This document shows, piece by piece, positions 49,841 to 63,444 of a DNA stretch of 64,000 bases. Location: NCBI GenBank assembly GCA_965213685.1, contig CBDBZY010000041.1:480001-544000 (forward strand), written 5' to 3'. This stretch comes from a bacterium (GTDB lineage Bacteria > UBA8248). The notes under the pieces were generated by a model. The model was not told the DNA's origin, made no database searches, and worked only from the letters and a program-made list of their open reading frames with translations. The translations under genes were made by a program, and so were the position numbers. Positions within the stretch are counted from its first letter, which is position 1, and each line of letters starts with the position of its first letter.

Positions 49841-52819
49841 TCAGTGTTGCTCTAATGATCCTACCCATACTTGCTGGGAATGCCCCCAAACATCCTCCCC
49901 TCCAGCCACAAGCAGTTCACCAGAGGGGAGTACTGCACAAGAGGGAGCCCACATTCCCACAGGAAGCTCTCCACACCTGCTCCATTTTTCCCCTTCTGCT
50001 TCATATCTGTAGAGCTCCTTTCTTTTCCCCCACCCTCCTACCAGTAGCAAGTGGTTCTGCAAGGCTAAGAGTGTGGGGCCACGTACTGGAGGGGATGGCA
50101 GTTCCTGCCATGTTGGGCCAGTGGTGGTATTGCGAGTTGCGTTTGATATGAGGGTGGGGAGGTGGGCAGAGAACATGTGAGGCCGACCACCACTCCAGTG
50201 ATATGATGAGATGTATACGTAATCACTAATGATGACTGCTGTCATGCGGTGACCCCCCATAGACAGTGGCTGTGCACTGTACCACTGGTGAGTGGAGCAG
50301 TCCAGGACTTCTACTGTGTCCTTGTTGGGGTACCCACATGCCACAATGAGGTATTGCTGGTAGCCCACAGCAGCTGACCATGCTCTACCATTTGGCATTC
50401 TTGGGTAGTGCTGAGTATTCCAGCGGTGACCCTCACTGTCCCATGATTGGATAGCAGTGCTGCCTTCCTCACCACCAGCTAGTAATAGCTGGTCCTTGAC
50501 TGATGCCATGGAAAACCAGTGCTCAGTGCTCTTTGGCAGCTGAGACCATTCACCAGTGGTAGAGTTGTATTGCACTATGACATACTCATTGCTGCCCTCC
50601 TTAGCAAACCCACCTCCAATGTGGACATGTCCCTTCAGTAATACAGTTTGGGCACACAAGACTCCAAAGGGCAAGTCCTTTCCTCTCCTCCATTTGAGTG
50701 GGAGGGGCCATCTCAGTGGCTGGACCTGGGGCTATAATGAGGTGAATGATGGCAGGGAGGGAGAGAGGGAGGGAAGGAGGGAGGAGGGAGGAGGGAGAGA
50801 GGAGGGAGAGGAGATAGGGAGAGAGGAAGAGAGAGAGGCGTAAATGAGAGGAGGGGGTATAGGGGAGGTAGAGACACCAGGGGAGGGGAGGGAAGGAGAG
50901 GGGAGGGGGAGGGGAAAGGGAGGGGGAGGGGGAGGGGAAAGGGAGGGGGAGGGGGAGGGGAAGGGGGTGGGGGAAGGGGGGGGAGAGGAAGGGGAGAGGG
51001 GGTGGGGAGGGGAGGCAGGGAGGGGGAAGGGGAGGAGGGGAGGGGGAAAGGGAGGGAGGGGGAAGGGGAGGGGAAGAGGGGGAGGAGGGAGGGATGAGAG
51101 GAGGGGTGGGAGGGATGGGTGGAGGGGAGGGTGGAATGAGGAGGAATGGAGGGTGAGAGGGGGGGAAGAGGACAGAATAACCACAGCTCACAGATTTTGG
51201 TTTGGCTGGAGATGTCTTGTATACTGCAGAATTCTTGGTTGTCTGCAAAGAAAGGAAAGAGATCGAGGTGGAGTGAGGCATGCAAGAATAGAGAATGCTA
51301 ATCTGCTTTGTCCTCCTTTCCTCTCTTCCTTGCTTTGTTCTTTTTTGCTTCCCCTCGCTATCATTTGCACTTGGAGCATTACCTGCACATCAGCTTGCAG
51401 TGGTCCTTGAGGGGTCATCTGAGAGTGACCTTTTGGGCTGGGACTGAGCCTAGGGGGAGTCTGGAGGAGACAGGTTTGCTGTGTTTAGTTCATGACAAGA
51501 GATTACTAATCACTACAACAACTTTGTGATATGCACCAATCCTATCAGTTTCCTGCAAAGAATCAGTACTGAGAACTCTAATACTAGAGTCAGTAGCATG
51601 ATAACCAGTACATGAATTGATCTCCTCTACTTATAAAAATCATGCATATAACAATACTCACCAACACTTGCTTGCTCAGCCGTTCAACCTCTGCCTTGAG
51701 GGACTGATTCTCCTGTGTCAGTTGTTGATTCTCCATGACCAGTTGTGTGTTTTTCTTCTCCACTGATGCAATCTGATCATTCTTCTCCTGTTCTTTTGAC
51801 TCCATTTCTCGTTGCAGTGTTCCAATGTGCTGGTTCTTGTGTGACTCAATCTGCTGGGTTTGTTTCTTCACTGTCTGCACCAACACCAACCTGTCCATGT
51901 GGCATTCTGCATCATCGATCTCACCCCTGGCCCGCTCCAGTAGTTGCACCACCTGATGGATTGAGGGCCGATCCTCTGGAAAGCTTTTGAGGGATTGCTT
52001 GATCATCTGCACAAGAGGATGGTCATCACAGAACTGGCTGTAGATCTTCTGCATGTACTCCGCTCGCCGCTCCAGCTCATCTCGAAAAACATGCCTTCGG
52101 TGCTCATCTCGGTACACTTGTGCCAGAACCTTATGGGGGAAGCGTTGTGTGAGGGTGAAAATGGCCACCACACCCAGCGAGAAGATGTCGATCGTCATGT
52201 CGTATCGAGACTCGTCTTCCAGTGCCTCTGGGGGCATGTAGATAGACGCACCAGGTGCTTTGGTCATGGTGGCTACCTTCAGGCTGGGGACAATCCTAGC
52301 CATCCCAAGGTCCGCAATTTTGGCTCTCATGGCGGAGTTAAGGAGAACGTTCCTCGCTGAGAGATCCCGATGGATCAACGGCGGAGAACGGCTGTGCAGG
52401 TAGCAGAGACCTTGAGCGACGTCGTAGAGGAACGAGTGCTTGAGGCTCAGGGGAATATCAGGCCGAGTCTCCAGCAGGTCGTGGAGGCTGGTCAGCAGTC
52501 GCTCCATCACCAGCGCAGGAAGTCGCGAGTCCGGCAGCACGCAGATGCCGAGAAAGAGGACGATGTGTGGGTGGCGGAGGGTGCTCATGAGTCGGCACTC
52601 CTCAACGAACTGGCCTGCCGCCCTCTCCATCTCAGCCTGCGGTATTTCGGAGCGGTCTTGGAAGATGTCGTGGATCTTCTTGATGGCGCAGACCGCTCCA
52701 GGTATCTCCCCCTCCTCCACGCTGCCGTAGGCTCCTGAGCCGATTCTTGTGCCGGTTAGTCGCACGTTTTGGAGCTGAAACGCCCTCAGCTCGGGGTAAT
52801 CGCGAAGGAGATTCGCCAT
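49841..52819 (-). CDS. TKL-group protein kinase - coiled coil - Kelch repeat protein, 4 exons, ~731 aa
   Basis: Exons 52819-51662, 51478-51383, 51242-51192, 50731-49841, all phase 0 and GT-AG. Kinase motifs GSGAYG, AIKK, HRDLSARN, DLG, YMPPE, DIFSLG; Q/E/K-rich coil; Kelch GG...W repeats. Confidence 0.85.
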
Positions 52820-53121
52820 AATAATTGTCGAACGCTCTCTGTGAGAAAATGAACAAACAAGGGCTAGTGATTTATTCTAGTCACGTGAGGAGGTGAATAC
52901 CAATAATTATGTTATAAATACCGATATCCAGGTAACCGCGTGCATATTGTTGTATGTATCACTGTGATATTCGTGTTCGTGTCACGGCTTTACAGCGCAG
53001 CGCTAGAGCCACACGTATTTCCGTGCACGCATGCGCGTCGTCTCATGGTGGTCCACTGAGGAGGTTCGTATGTAGATGTTATGGAACTGCAGCAGTTCAC
53101 TAGGGATTAGCCTGCATGAAC

Positions 53122-54240
53122 CAAGCCCGTAGGCAGGGTGGGTGCGTAGGGTGCGTACGCACCCGCCCCGTTTGCACAAAGGTCCACCTTGAGCATTATA
53201 GTTAACCCTTTAAGGACGATAAGTGTTCCTTTTGGATACAAATTAAAACGTTTACACAGCTTGCCACAAACATCCAATTGTGGCGATCTAATAGTATTAG
53301 ATAACGCAAAGGTAAAATGGCAAGTAGTTAGCGCAGTGGCGTCATAACGTATACCGCTGCGCTAATAAGTGGGCGTGAACTCGTGGTTCGAAAGTGCTGA
53401 CTCAGCACTTTTTGCCGACCTACATGTGCGTTCCGAGCCTTCCTTGAGGGCATCGAGGTTGAATTTTGGCATGGAAACGTAACAACATTCGTTTTAAGCG
53501 TAGACGGAGCGAAAACTCTCCAAGTCTAAGAAATTCCGAGTTATGTCCAGGTCAAGCTGTCCCGCTTCAATGTACACGCGTGATGCGGAATGGCTCGAAC
53601 GGTACTCACGTAAGGCTCTGAATCCTGTCAACCATTGAATACAACCGCTTCAAACATATGTACCATTCTTCCATATGCATATGCCATACCAGATTGCTTT
53701 GTGCCGCGGGAGCAAGAATGTAGGGTGCGCTAAAAAATAGTCACATGCGCAAAAGTTAGCTAATTGCTCTTATCGTCTATAAAGGGTTAATGTACGTTGT
53801 GTAGTTGTTGCGTAACTCAGCGTTTTGATGTGCGGAGCGAGCGTGTCACGCCTACTTCCAGTATAATGCGCATGTCTGCCCACATGCTAGTCTCGTGAAC
53901 CAGATCGAATGCTCATTCGCAGCGAATCCCTTCCTCCCCTCCCCCTTTCGCTCCCTCATCACGGGACTACGTGGGTACGTGAACCAACGATGCTTGAATT
54001 GGAGTCTTTGCTCATATACGTAGCATTATATACGTCTGTGTGTACGATACTTAACAGTTTATTGTTGGTAAGTGTACACCACATTTGACAAATGTATATC
54101 ATCGGCATTATAGTACTTGAACTAACACACCACTTCATGTAATTGTAACATTCTCTGAATGTGTAACTTAGCCTTATTTAATAAGGTCCACTTAATCAAA
54201 AGAAAGCACCCACCCACTCCGTTTGCTGCCTATGGGCTTG
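53122..54240. mobile_element. TIR MITE upstream of the kinase gene
   Basis: CAAGCCCGTAGGCAG ... CTGCCTATGGGCTTG, flanked by the direct repeat TGAAC. Confidence 0.6.
53206..53786. mobile_element. piggyBac-like MITE (nested)
   Basis: TTAA|CCCTTTAAGGACGATAAG ... CTTATCGTCTATAAAGGG|TTAA. Confidence 0.85.
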
Positions 54241-55378
54241 TGAACTGATGGTGAGAGAGCCTTCCTTGCACAACCGTGGCCAATAATAGCAGCTATTACT
54301 AGGCATAACAAGGACGGCACTCTTTCACCACTGCTTCAGGATATTCTGTGGAGTCTCAATGTAGGACCATCCTCCATATACCCATCACCAGACAGGACTA
54401 CCATGTCATATTAGGATAATTAACCCTCCCGCGCATGCGCGGAGGGTTATTGTAGTCGGTGTGTGTAAATTGCAATTGTTCGTGAGCTTATAATTATAGG
54501 GGGACGCTGCATGCAGAAAAACACCCCACATTGTGGTCGCTACTCTTTCCACACCTGAGCTGTATGGTACAGTATGTGGTAGCAAAATGATTATGTCTGT
54601 ATAATTATAGCCACTTCATCCTCTCACTAGACCAGACTGAAACAGCTCTTAGCCACGTGCAGATGCCGATCGGGGTGTGAGCCTCCAAGGCCATTCTCTA
54701 TCTGCTGTGCTGCTAGTCCTTGAACATGCAATGAAAGGAGCCCCACCCACTTTCACATTCTGATGCCAGCTTGTGGCATGACGTCACTCAGAGCGGCACC
54801 TCAAGCTCCCACAGCTACGGTCAGCTAGCACTGCTTCCCGGGATCCTGCACGTCACGTTGCCCGCCCACGTGATCCACCTCATCCTTGCCCTCATTCTCC
54901 TTCTCCTCCAGTGGTACTTGGAATACTCAGCTGTGCAGAAAGAAGTTCTTGGGTTAGTATGACTAGCCTACCCCTGGCCCTTGCCCTATCAAATGACCAA
55001 GTTAATGAGCAAAAGTCCCCTCATGTATTGTTAGTGTCTCTCAGGCTCAGTGCTGCCAAGTGAGCACTGCTGTACTAGCCGAGCAATTTGAATGTCTACC
55101 ATATCTGCTAGCAATAATTGTGTAACTTCCACAGATCAAGATAGCTGATGCACATGTACAGTACATGCAAATACAAATAGAGACCACTCACATGTACATG
55201 CACACACAAATTGTTCTCCAGTCCAGTGGCTACATACAGGGCAGAGGGAGAGTACAGAGAGCACCAACTAACAATGCCACACACTTTGAATGAATAACAT
55301 TGCAATGATTAGCAACAGTACATACACATGTAAGTCCATCTCACAAAACAATTACTATGCAGTACATTTTGATAATGA

Positions 55379-55530
55379 TCATTTTGAGGACTCCTCATAC
55401 ACACTCCTCCTGTACTGTCCTCTGTCTGGTAGTATGTAGAGGGCAAGACTGTCGATGACTGTGGTAGTGAGAGTGAGGAGACCCATCCCAGATGCCAGGT
55501 GGAGAAGGAGGGTGAGTAGGGAGAACAGGC
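55379..55530 (-). pseudogene. P2X-receptor-like last exon, copy 3, next to a displaced CTR9 exon (~55653-55722)
   Basis: GLFSLLTLLLHLASGMGLLTLTTTVIDSLALYILPDRGQYRRSVYEESSK*; upstream exon AVRLGMGLFC matches the CTR9 exon at ~30328-30389. Confidence 0.6.
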
Positions 55531-55779
55531 CTGAGGGAGGGAGGGAGGGAGGGAGGGAGGGAATGAAATTAAGGGAAGGAGTTACATGTACATTACTTAT
55601 TTTGGTAAAGAAACATGCAGCAATTGAGAGAATAATATTACCTTGCCATTCACCTTGCCTTCTCCCGGATTCTGCAGTCCTGAACATTCCACAAAACAGT
55701 CCCATTCCCAATCTGACAGCACCTGGAACAGAAAAAGAACATACATGTACCATATCATGTACATATATACATGGATATA

Positions 55780-56982
55780 CCATGTGTGAATGGGTCAAGT
55801 TATAATGGAACGTTATGTTGGTACCCTAAAATTAAACATTTTTGAAGTACAATTGTTAGTATAGTTGTATGCCTTTTTCTATTACACATTTCACTCTGGT
55901 TTTAGGGAGAGAGCTACTCTTAAAGCTTGCTCCAGTAATTTGCATGAAAACTGAAGTGAAGAAGTCACAGATGTACTTCACAAAATTAATGCACTTCACA
56001 TGTCAGGAGGTATGGGAGGTATACCTTTTTGACATTGCAGTAGCATGAAACCCTCCAACATTATAGCCTCACCACTTACTCTGTACAGTGCATGAACTTC
56101 AAAGTAGCTGTGGGTTACTACATGTATGAGTGCATGGACCATGGCATTCAGTCATGAATGCATGCACCCATACATGTACTTGAGTAGTCAAGTTGATGCA
56201 CTGTGTGAAGGAAGTAGGTCTGAATGCTGTGGATCCATGCACTCATACAATGTCATATAGTAACCCACAGCTACTTTGAAGTTGATGCACTATGTGAAGG
56301 AAGTAGGGCCGAATACCATGGATCCATGCACCCATACATGTACTTTGAAGTTGATGCACTGTGTGAAGGAAGTAGGGCTGAATCCATGCACTCATACATG
56401 AAATCTCAGTCAACAAGACAAGGCAAATCAAAGCAACTACGCCCGAAGACAACTCCTTTTTCTCAAGAGAGAAAAAGGAGCTGCCTTAGGCGGGATTCAA
56501 ACCCGCAACATCCTGCATACTAGGCAGACACTCTACCAGCTGAGCCACCAAGGCAGCCCAGCTGGGCAGGCTGAATCTTTAAAGGTTATGCAATGCAAAG
56601 GGCGTCTCTCCCCTGATAAACAGGGTAACTCTAACTCAGTACTGTGGAGTAACCCACAGCTACTTTGAAGTTGATGCATTGTGTGAAGGAAACAGAGTAC
56701 TAAGTGGTGAGGCTATAATGTTAAAGGATTTCATGCTACTGCAATGTCAAAAAGGTACACCTCCCACACCTCATGACATGTGAGGTACATTTGTGATGTA
56801 CTATATTTTATGACTTGTTGTATCATTTTCATGCAAATCACTGGAGTAAAAGTAGCTCCCTAAAACTAGAGTGAGCTGCGTAACAGAAAAAGGCATACAA
56901 CTTTACTAACAATCATACTTCAAGAAGGTTTAATAATAGGGTACCAACATAATGCTCCATTTTAACTGGAACTATTCACATG
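55780..56982. mobile_element. Foldback element with ~330-bp degenerate inverted arms
   Basis: TTATGTTGGTACCCTA...AGTTGTATGCCTTTTTCT...TTTTTGACATTGCAGTAGCATGAAA is mirrored at ~56650-56980. Internal direct repeats TACTTTGAAGTTGATGCACTGTGTGAAGGAAGTAGG. Confidence 0.7.
56400..56575 (-). mobile_element. tRNA-derived SINE
   Basis: On the - strand: TGGCTCAGCTGG (A box) and GGTTTGAATCC (B-box-like), bracketed by a GCTGCCTT...AAGGCAGC stem. Confidence 0.6.
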
Positions 56983-58169
56983 TGCACACTTAACAGCCCC
57001 ACACATAATGATGACAGTCATGTGACCTTTGCTCCTGCAGGTTTGGGGTGCCTGGGGAGGAGGCTGGCCAGTGGCCACTGACCATGTACACATGTGCACT
57101 GCACAGTAGCTTGACCATGATGTGGCTGCCCTGCAGGAGTCTGCCAGCCTTCAGAGAGTGGTGCTGTCTACCTCACACTGTGCTCCATGCATGAGGTGAG
57201 CCTTCTGCATTGGTGGGAGAGAGAGGGAGGGAGGGAGGGAGGGAGGGAGGGAGGGAGGGAGAGGGGGAGGGAGGGAGTGAGGGAGGGGGGGGGAGGGAGG
57301 GAGGGAAGAAGAGGAAGGGAGGGATGGAGGGAAAGAGGTATGAAAGAAGGGAGGGAGGGCTAGTACAGTGTAAGTAACCTCATTTCCAGGCTCTCCCCCT
57401 AGTGCAAGCGTATGATTTTTACATTCTTGTACCCTAAAGGTCATATGTGTGTGCTAGTGGGAGAGCCTGGGAATGAGGCCGCAGTGTAAACAAGTAATAC
57501 ACATACACATGCACATGGGCCACAGTGGGACTGGCCTGCAAAAATGCGGGATTGTATGCACCTGTGATACCATAAACACCAGTTGTTAGGCACATGCGCC
57601 TATAGATGTAAAGAGTAAGACATTATGCACTTAATAATGAATATCGCTAAACGAGAGTTCGGTATACCACAGTTATAGTGTCCATAAATGTGCTCGGTCC
57701 TGTACAGCAAGCCAAGAGTCTATCCATTGTCAATGTTGTCTGCTTTACCGTCGTCAGTTGCTTCTGGCACCTAGCGACTACGAGCCGCGTATTTATCGCA
57801 TGTGCCTAATAAAAGGGTGTGGCAGATATCTAAAAACTATGCGCTTAACAGTGAAGCTTAATAACAAGGTGCACCTAACAACCGGTATGTGCATGTACAG
57901 TACATGTACATGTAGATGTATACATGTATGGGCCTACAAGGTGGCTCTCCTGCTGGCCTAACCCTCTCTCTGAGGTCTCTGATGGCAGTGTCAGTCACTC
58001 CCTCTCTCCCTCCCACGGCAGGCCACAAGGTCAGAGGTCACCACAGAGCCTCCCTCTGCAGTCCCCAGCCATCCCTCATGAAGTGTGGGAGTGTGGGAGT
58101 GTGTGGTGGAGGAGCACAAGATGCTCTCGACTGTAGTTGTGCCCTCCACACTCCACTGGTACACACATG

Positions 58170-58253
<84 letters not shown>

Positions 58254-58799
58254 ATACATAACATTGTACATGTACATGTACATGTATATGTATGGGGCAC
58301 AGAGCAATAGGCACAAAGACAATCAGAGCAGAGGGTGACCTGCTGTAGGATGAAGAAGAACTGAACTTGCAGGTGCATGTCCTATAAACATATCTATGGG
58401 AACCAGTGCACAAGATAAAGCAACTAACTATCATGAGCCACTTTTGAACATTAACCAGCCTCAGAATGGCACATCAGCTAGCTGCGCCACTTCTTATTGG
58501 CATGTTGCGCCGAGGGTTCTGCACTTCAGTGCATTCATTTTCTAAGCCTTTGAGGCTGTTGTAAATTGTTGGTGTTCGTTCGTTTCTTTCTTCCTTCTTT
58601 TCCTTCCTCCTTTCTTGCCCATGCACACACTTTACTGCTCCACATACTGCACTGCACACACAATACCAGAATGCACACACATGCATGCACACACGTACAT
58701 GTATACGTGCATGTGGTTTTGTCGCAAGCTATAGTGTGCATTGAATAGAACTAGCGACTTTCTCTCCTTCACGCAGAATGAAGCTCTCTGCAGGCTCAC

Positions 58800-58862
58800 C
58801 TCGTCCGTGTCCCTGAGAGGAATCTCTATGGAGGACGCACCAGGTACGTAGCGCGTGGCCAT
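58800..58862 (-). pseudogene. CTR9: Second copy of CTR9 exon 1 with its upstream region
   Basis: [21 protein letters not shown]|GTGAG. Region ~58650-59900 duplicates ~32150-33800. Confidence 0.85.
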
Positions 58863-59910
58863 CTCCACTCGCTGCCGCAGGAGAGAGGGAGCAGAGGCTG
58901 GAGCGATGGAGTGCAGTGAGCGTGAGGTGCTTCTATTTAGAGCACATGGGCGGAGTTAGTCCTGCCGCGTGGTCGGGCCAGCAAAGAGCGTGTCTCCATG
59001 CGACTGGTGGTGCGAATGGACTGCGCAGGGCAGGGCGGAGAGTCACAGCAAAGGGAGATCAGTTATGAGTATGGAGCGCAGCCATTGTGGAGAGTGGTGC
59101 GGATGAAGCTTATCGGGCACATGTCGTCCTTAGGAACTGCGAGATTAGAGACACTGGCCGGCTCGCTATCGCTCACAAATGGGGCACCAAGGCCCGGATG
59201 CCATGACCCTACAGCGCACTGCTCTCCACTATCACCTCATATCATACAACAGTGTTGTCCCTTCCTCCGCTGCGTGCCTCCCTCCTTTCCCCTCCCTGTC
59301 TTTCTTCTCCCCTCACACTCTATCTCCCCCTCCTCCTCCTCCTCCTCCTCGTTTCCTCTCTCTCTCTCACTCACTACAGTGTGTAGGACTACAATGCCCA
59401 GAGTTGGTTTGACCCGTTTATTTGGTTGAGTGACCAGGCAAGGGCTAGGAACTACTCTACTTCCATCATGCCCTCATCACACTGGTAAAAAGATTTTAAC
59501 ACTTGACCCCTCACTACATGTACTTCTCTTCCTCCTCTTTCTCCCTCCCTCCGCATCTCTCGTTCAAATTTCTTCTCCCTCTCTCCCTCTCTCCCTCCCT
59601 CCCTCTCTCCTGCAGAATTGGCACTGGAGGAGACAGCACAGGGCACTAAATACAGAACTGTCAGTGCCATCAAAGCCATCCTGTGAGACACGCACTGCAG
59701 TCAGAGACAATTGTCTGTAATTGCTGTGTGTCCTCACCATGTAGTCACTGTATCCCCCTCTCCTCCCCCTCCTTCTCCTCCTCTGCCTCCTCCTCCTCCT
59801 CTTCCTCCTCCAGATTTCTCTATCACTCACTCTCCCCCTCCCTCCATGCTTTCTCTCATACTATTACTGCTGTCTTCATCAGTCCAAACACGTGATGTCA
59901 CAATTATTCT

Positions 59911-60356
59911 TATTGGGGCGAGCCTTAGCGAGCCCCTTCTAGTCCACTCAACACCTGCGCTGTCTGTATATATATATTATCATGTATCGTACGACCGTCA
60001 CCTTCCGAGGGCGCATGCGTACGATTTAAATTCAAAAGCGGCACGTGGGGTTTACATCGAACGTACATCGGACGTTGAAGTTCAAAGGTCTCAAAGGTCG
60101 ACTTGGCGCAGCGTCGCAACATGGACTCCGAGCAGAGAAGAGAAGCAAGGCTGAGCCGTAGAAGAGAACGCGAGAGACAGGTCGGTAAACACTCCGTGAA
60201 CCGTCGCCCTTCGCTCTCTTCCATTTCTGACACGTCCCACTCGTCCAGCTTGCGCTTTCTTCCAGCCATTTCGCACAACATAAAATGTCACTTCCACTCG
60301 GCAACAAGTCAAAGTCGGAAGTAGGCTCGCCCCACAATGCTTGCATTTCGACTAGT
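59911..60356. mobile_element. Non-autonomous Helitron/Helentron-like insertion
   Basis: 5' ATTGGGGCGAGCC, subterminal inverted GGCTCGCCCCA, 3' CTAGT end; no TSD. Absent from paralogous sites at ~33800 and ~41755. Confidence 0.55.
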
Positions 60357-60965
60357 GTTATGAACAAACTGCCTTTAAATCAAAAAGTTTAATTGAATTT
60401 TACAAAGTTCACAATGCATTAATGTAACACACGTATCAGCTAGTGTAGGGTGTTGGAGTGAATGTGTAGAAATGATAATCCAACATTTCATTATGAAGAT
60501 ATGATTTCAATTGTTACAGTATACAAAGTATTTCATGTTATGTGTTATATACATGTACACCAGATACTTATATGTCATACTTCACAAAGGTTGGGGTATA
60601 GTTAATCCAACACACATACACGTAATAGCAGGTTGTAATGTGCATATTATGCTTTCTTTACTATAGTAGTATTAAGCAAAATGTACAATATAACGTCTAA
60701 TCTCACATAACATGATGTACACATGTTAACTCAGTTAACAAGACAAAGGCAAAGTAAATATACATGTAAACCACATATTCTACAAATTTGGTGATGTAAT
60801 TAAGCCAACACACATAATAGCAGGTTGTAGGAGTGAAGTAACATGTAATACATAGCAGCATACACAAATTATTAAATGTAAAATCAAATCACTGCAATAA
60901 TTAGTGGTAATTAGTTCACATGTACAGTTATGCATAGTGTGCTGTTATCAGAGAAGCAATCAGTG

Positions 60966-61922
60966 TTACTCTAATGATCCTACCCACACTTGCTGGGAAT
61001 ACCTCACAACACCCTCCACCCCTCTGGTCACAAGCAGTTCTTGCTGGGAATACCTCTCAACACCCTCCACCTCCCCTCCAGCTACAAGCAGTTCACCAGA
61101 GGGGAGTACTGCACAAGAGGGAGCATACATTCTCACAGGAAGCTCACCACACTTGCTCCATTTTTTCTCTTCTTCCTCATATCTGTAGAGCTCCTTTCTC
61201 TTCTCTGACCCTCCTACCTCCCTCCCTCCTACCAGTAGCAAGTGGTTCTGCAGGGCTAAGAGTGTGGGGCCACCTACTGGAGGGGATGGCAGTTCCTGCC
61301 ATGTTGGGTCAGTGATGGTGTTGCGAGTTGCATTTGATATCAGGGCGGGGAGGTGGGCGGAGAACACGTGAGGCTGACCATCTCTCCAGACATATGATGA
61401 GATGTATACGTAATCACTAATGATGACTGCTGTCATGTGCTGACCCCTCACAGGAACTGGCTGTGCACTGTACCACTGGCGAGTGGAGCAGTCCAGGACT
61501 TCTACTGTGTCCTTGTAGGGGAACCCACATGCCACAATGAGGTATTGCTGGTAGCCCACAGCAGCTGACCATGCTCTACCAGTGGGCATTCTTGGGTAGT
61601 GCTGAGTATTCCAAGGATGACCCTCACTGTCCCATAATTGGATAACAGTGCTGCCTTCCCAACCACCAGCTAGTAATAGCTGGTCCTTGACTGATGCCAT
61701 GGCAAACCAGCACACTGTGCTCTCTGGCAGCTGAGACCACTCACCAGTGGTAGAGTTGTATTGCACTACGACATACTCATTGCTGCCCCGCTCAGCATTC
61801 CCACTCCCAATGTGGACCTGTCCCTTCAGTAATGTAGTTTGGGCAAAGCGGATTCCAAAGGGTAAGTCCTTTCCTCTCCTCCATTTGAGTGGGAGGGGCC
61901 ATCTCAGTGGCTGGACCTGGGG
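60966..61922 (-). CDS. Kelch beta-propeller last exon of a kinase-Kelch paralog (5' exons not recognised in this window)
   Basis: Open from the acceptor cattacag|CCCCAG to the stop at 60966, with an in-frame internal duplication near the C-terminus. Confidence 0.65.
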   Translation of the reverse strand, partial: PQVQPLRWPLPLKWRRGKDLPFGIRFAQTTLLKGQVHIGSGNAERGSNEYVVVQYNSTTGEWSQLPESTVCWFAMASVKDQLLLAGGWEGSTVIQLWDSEGHPWNTQHYPRMPTGRAWSAAVGYQQYLIVACGFPYKDTVEVLDCSTRQWYSAQPVPVRGQHMTAVIISDYVYISSYVWRDGQPHVFSAHLPALISNATRNTITDPTWQELPSPPVGGPTLLALQNHLLLVGGREVGGSEKRKELYRYEEEEKKWSKCGELPVRMYAPSCAVLPSGELLVAGGEVEGVERYSQQELLVTRGVEGVVRYSQQVWVGSLE

Positions 61923-63444
61923 CTGTAATGAGGTGAATGATGCAGGGAGGGAGGGAGGGAGGGGGGAGGGGGAGGAAGACAGAAGGAGTGATGTAGAATA
62001 GTGGCATGGAGAGAAGATGAAAGAGAGTAGGAGTGAGGAAAGGGGGAGGAAGGAGAAAGATAATTATGATAATGATATTCCATGCACTTGTCCATTATTG
62101 TTTTGTATAATTATACACAGGTATGGTATAGCTGGCTAGTATTGCAGGAGGCAATATCTATGGTCCACGGCATTGCCATTCTTACAACACCATTCTTAAC
62201 ACCTCATCATTAATTAGCTATTATTAATTCCTTGGCAAGGAGGTTAACGATTAAATTTTACGAGTAACACACTATATCCCATCTTGTGTGGCTGGCTCAC
62301 AGGTGGAGGATGTGCACTGTTCTGGAGAATGGCCACACCAGTCTCTCCTCTCTCACCATATGTGTGAGTGTCTTCCTCTAGCTCTTCCTCCCTCCCTCTC
62401 CCTCCCTCCCTCTCCTTCCCTCCCTCCCCCTTCCTCTCCTTCCCTCCCTCTCCTTCCCTCCCACCTTGTGCAGTTTTAGTTTAGAGGGATTTGCAGTTGA
62501 TTAATTCTTAGTTCAATTACCAATGCTGGAGCAATTTTGTTTAGTTTTCCTAATTAATTTTGTTATACTTCGATCTCTTTAGAACTTCAACACAATTCTT
62601 TTGATTATAATATCCCTGATTACTTGCTAGTAAGGATGTAGTTAAAAACACAACAACAACTTACTGTAGTTTTTGTTACATGTAGATATTAACAACAATA
62701 CCATTTACTAGAAGGTTGCACAGATTACTACAGAATTCAACACAATGACTGCAGTAACTGTGTACTGACTTTGCAGTACTGGTTTTAATTAACATTACTG
62801 TGGGCTGTGATAATTAGGTTAATGTACTTTTGTTGCAATTAACTACTACAGTCCCACCCTCCTTCCCTTCCTCTCACCCTTCCCTCACACACTCGCCCCC
62901 TCCCCTCCTCCTCTCCCCTCTCCTCCCCTCTCCCTCCCCTCCTCCTCTCCCCATGCCATATGATTGTGTGTGTCCACCTCTAGCTCTTCTTCCATCCCTT
63001 CCATTCTCCCCTCTCCTTACCTTCCTACCCCCTTATCCCTCTCTCCCTCCCCCCTCCTCCCCTCCCCCCTCGTCTCCTCCCTCCCCTTCCCCCATCCCCC
63101 TTCCCTGCTCTCCCTCTCCCTCTTCTACCTCCCCTCCTCCCTCCCTCCCCTCCTCCCCACCTTCTTTCACCCTCCCTCACTTCCTATCTTCCCTCCATCC
63201 TTCCTTCATCCCTCCTTCGTTAACTACATGTATAAACTACATTGTAGTGAACAGATATCCTTCTGGTGCATGAACTGAACTAAGAGAAACTGTAACTACA
63301 ACTAAAACAGGTTCATTGAACTGATTGGCTGCATTCAAAACCCCCTCCCCCTCTCTCTCTCTTCCTCCTCCCCTCCCTCCTCCTCCCTCTTATAAACACA
63401 AATAGGCCTGTGTGGCTAGGTGGATCCATAACAATGCTAATACT

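Noticed and set aside
56478-56560. Genuine tRNA gene
   Set aside because: The B box is degenerate, I could not build a clean cloverleaf, and it is embedded in repeat sequence. Better explained as a SINE head.
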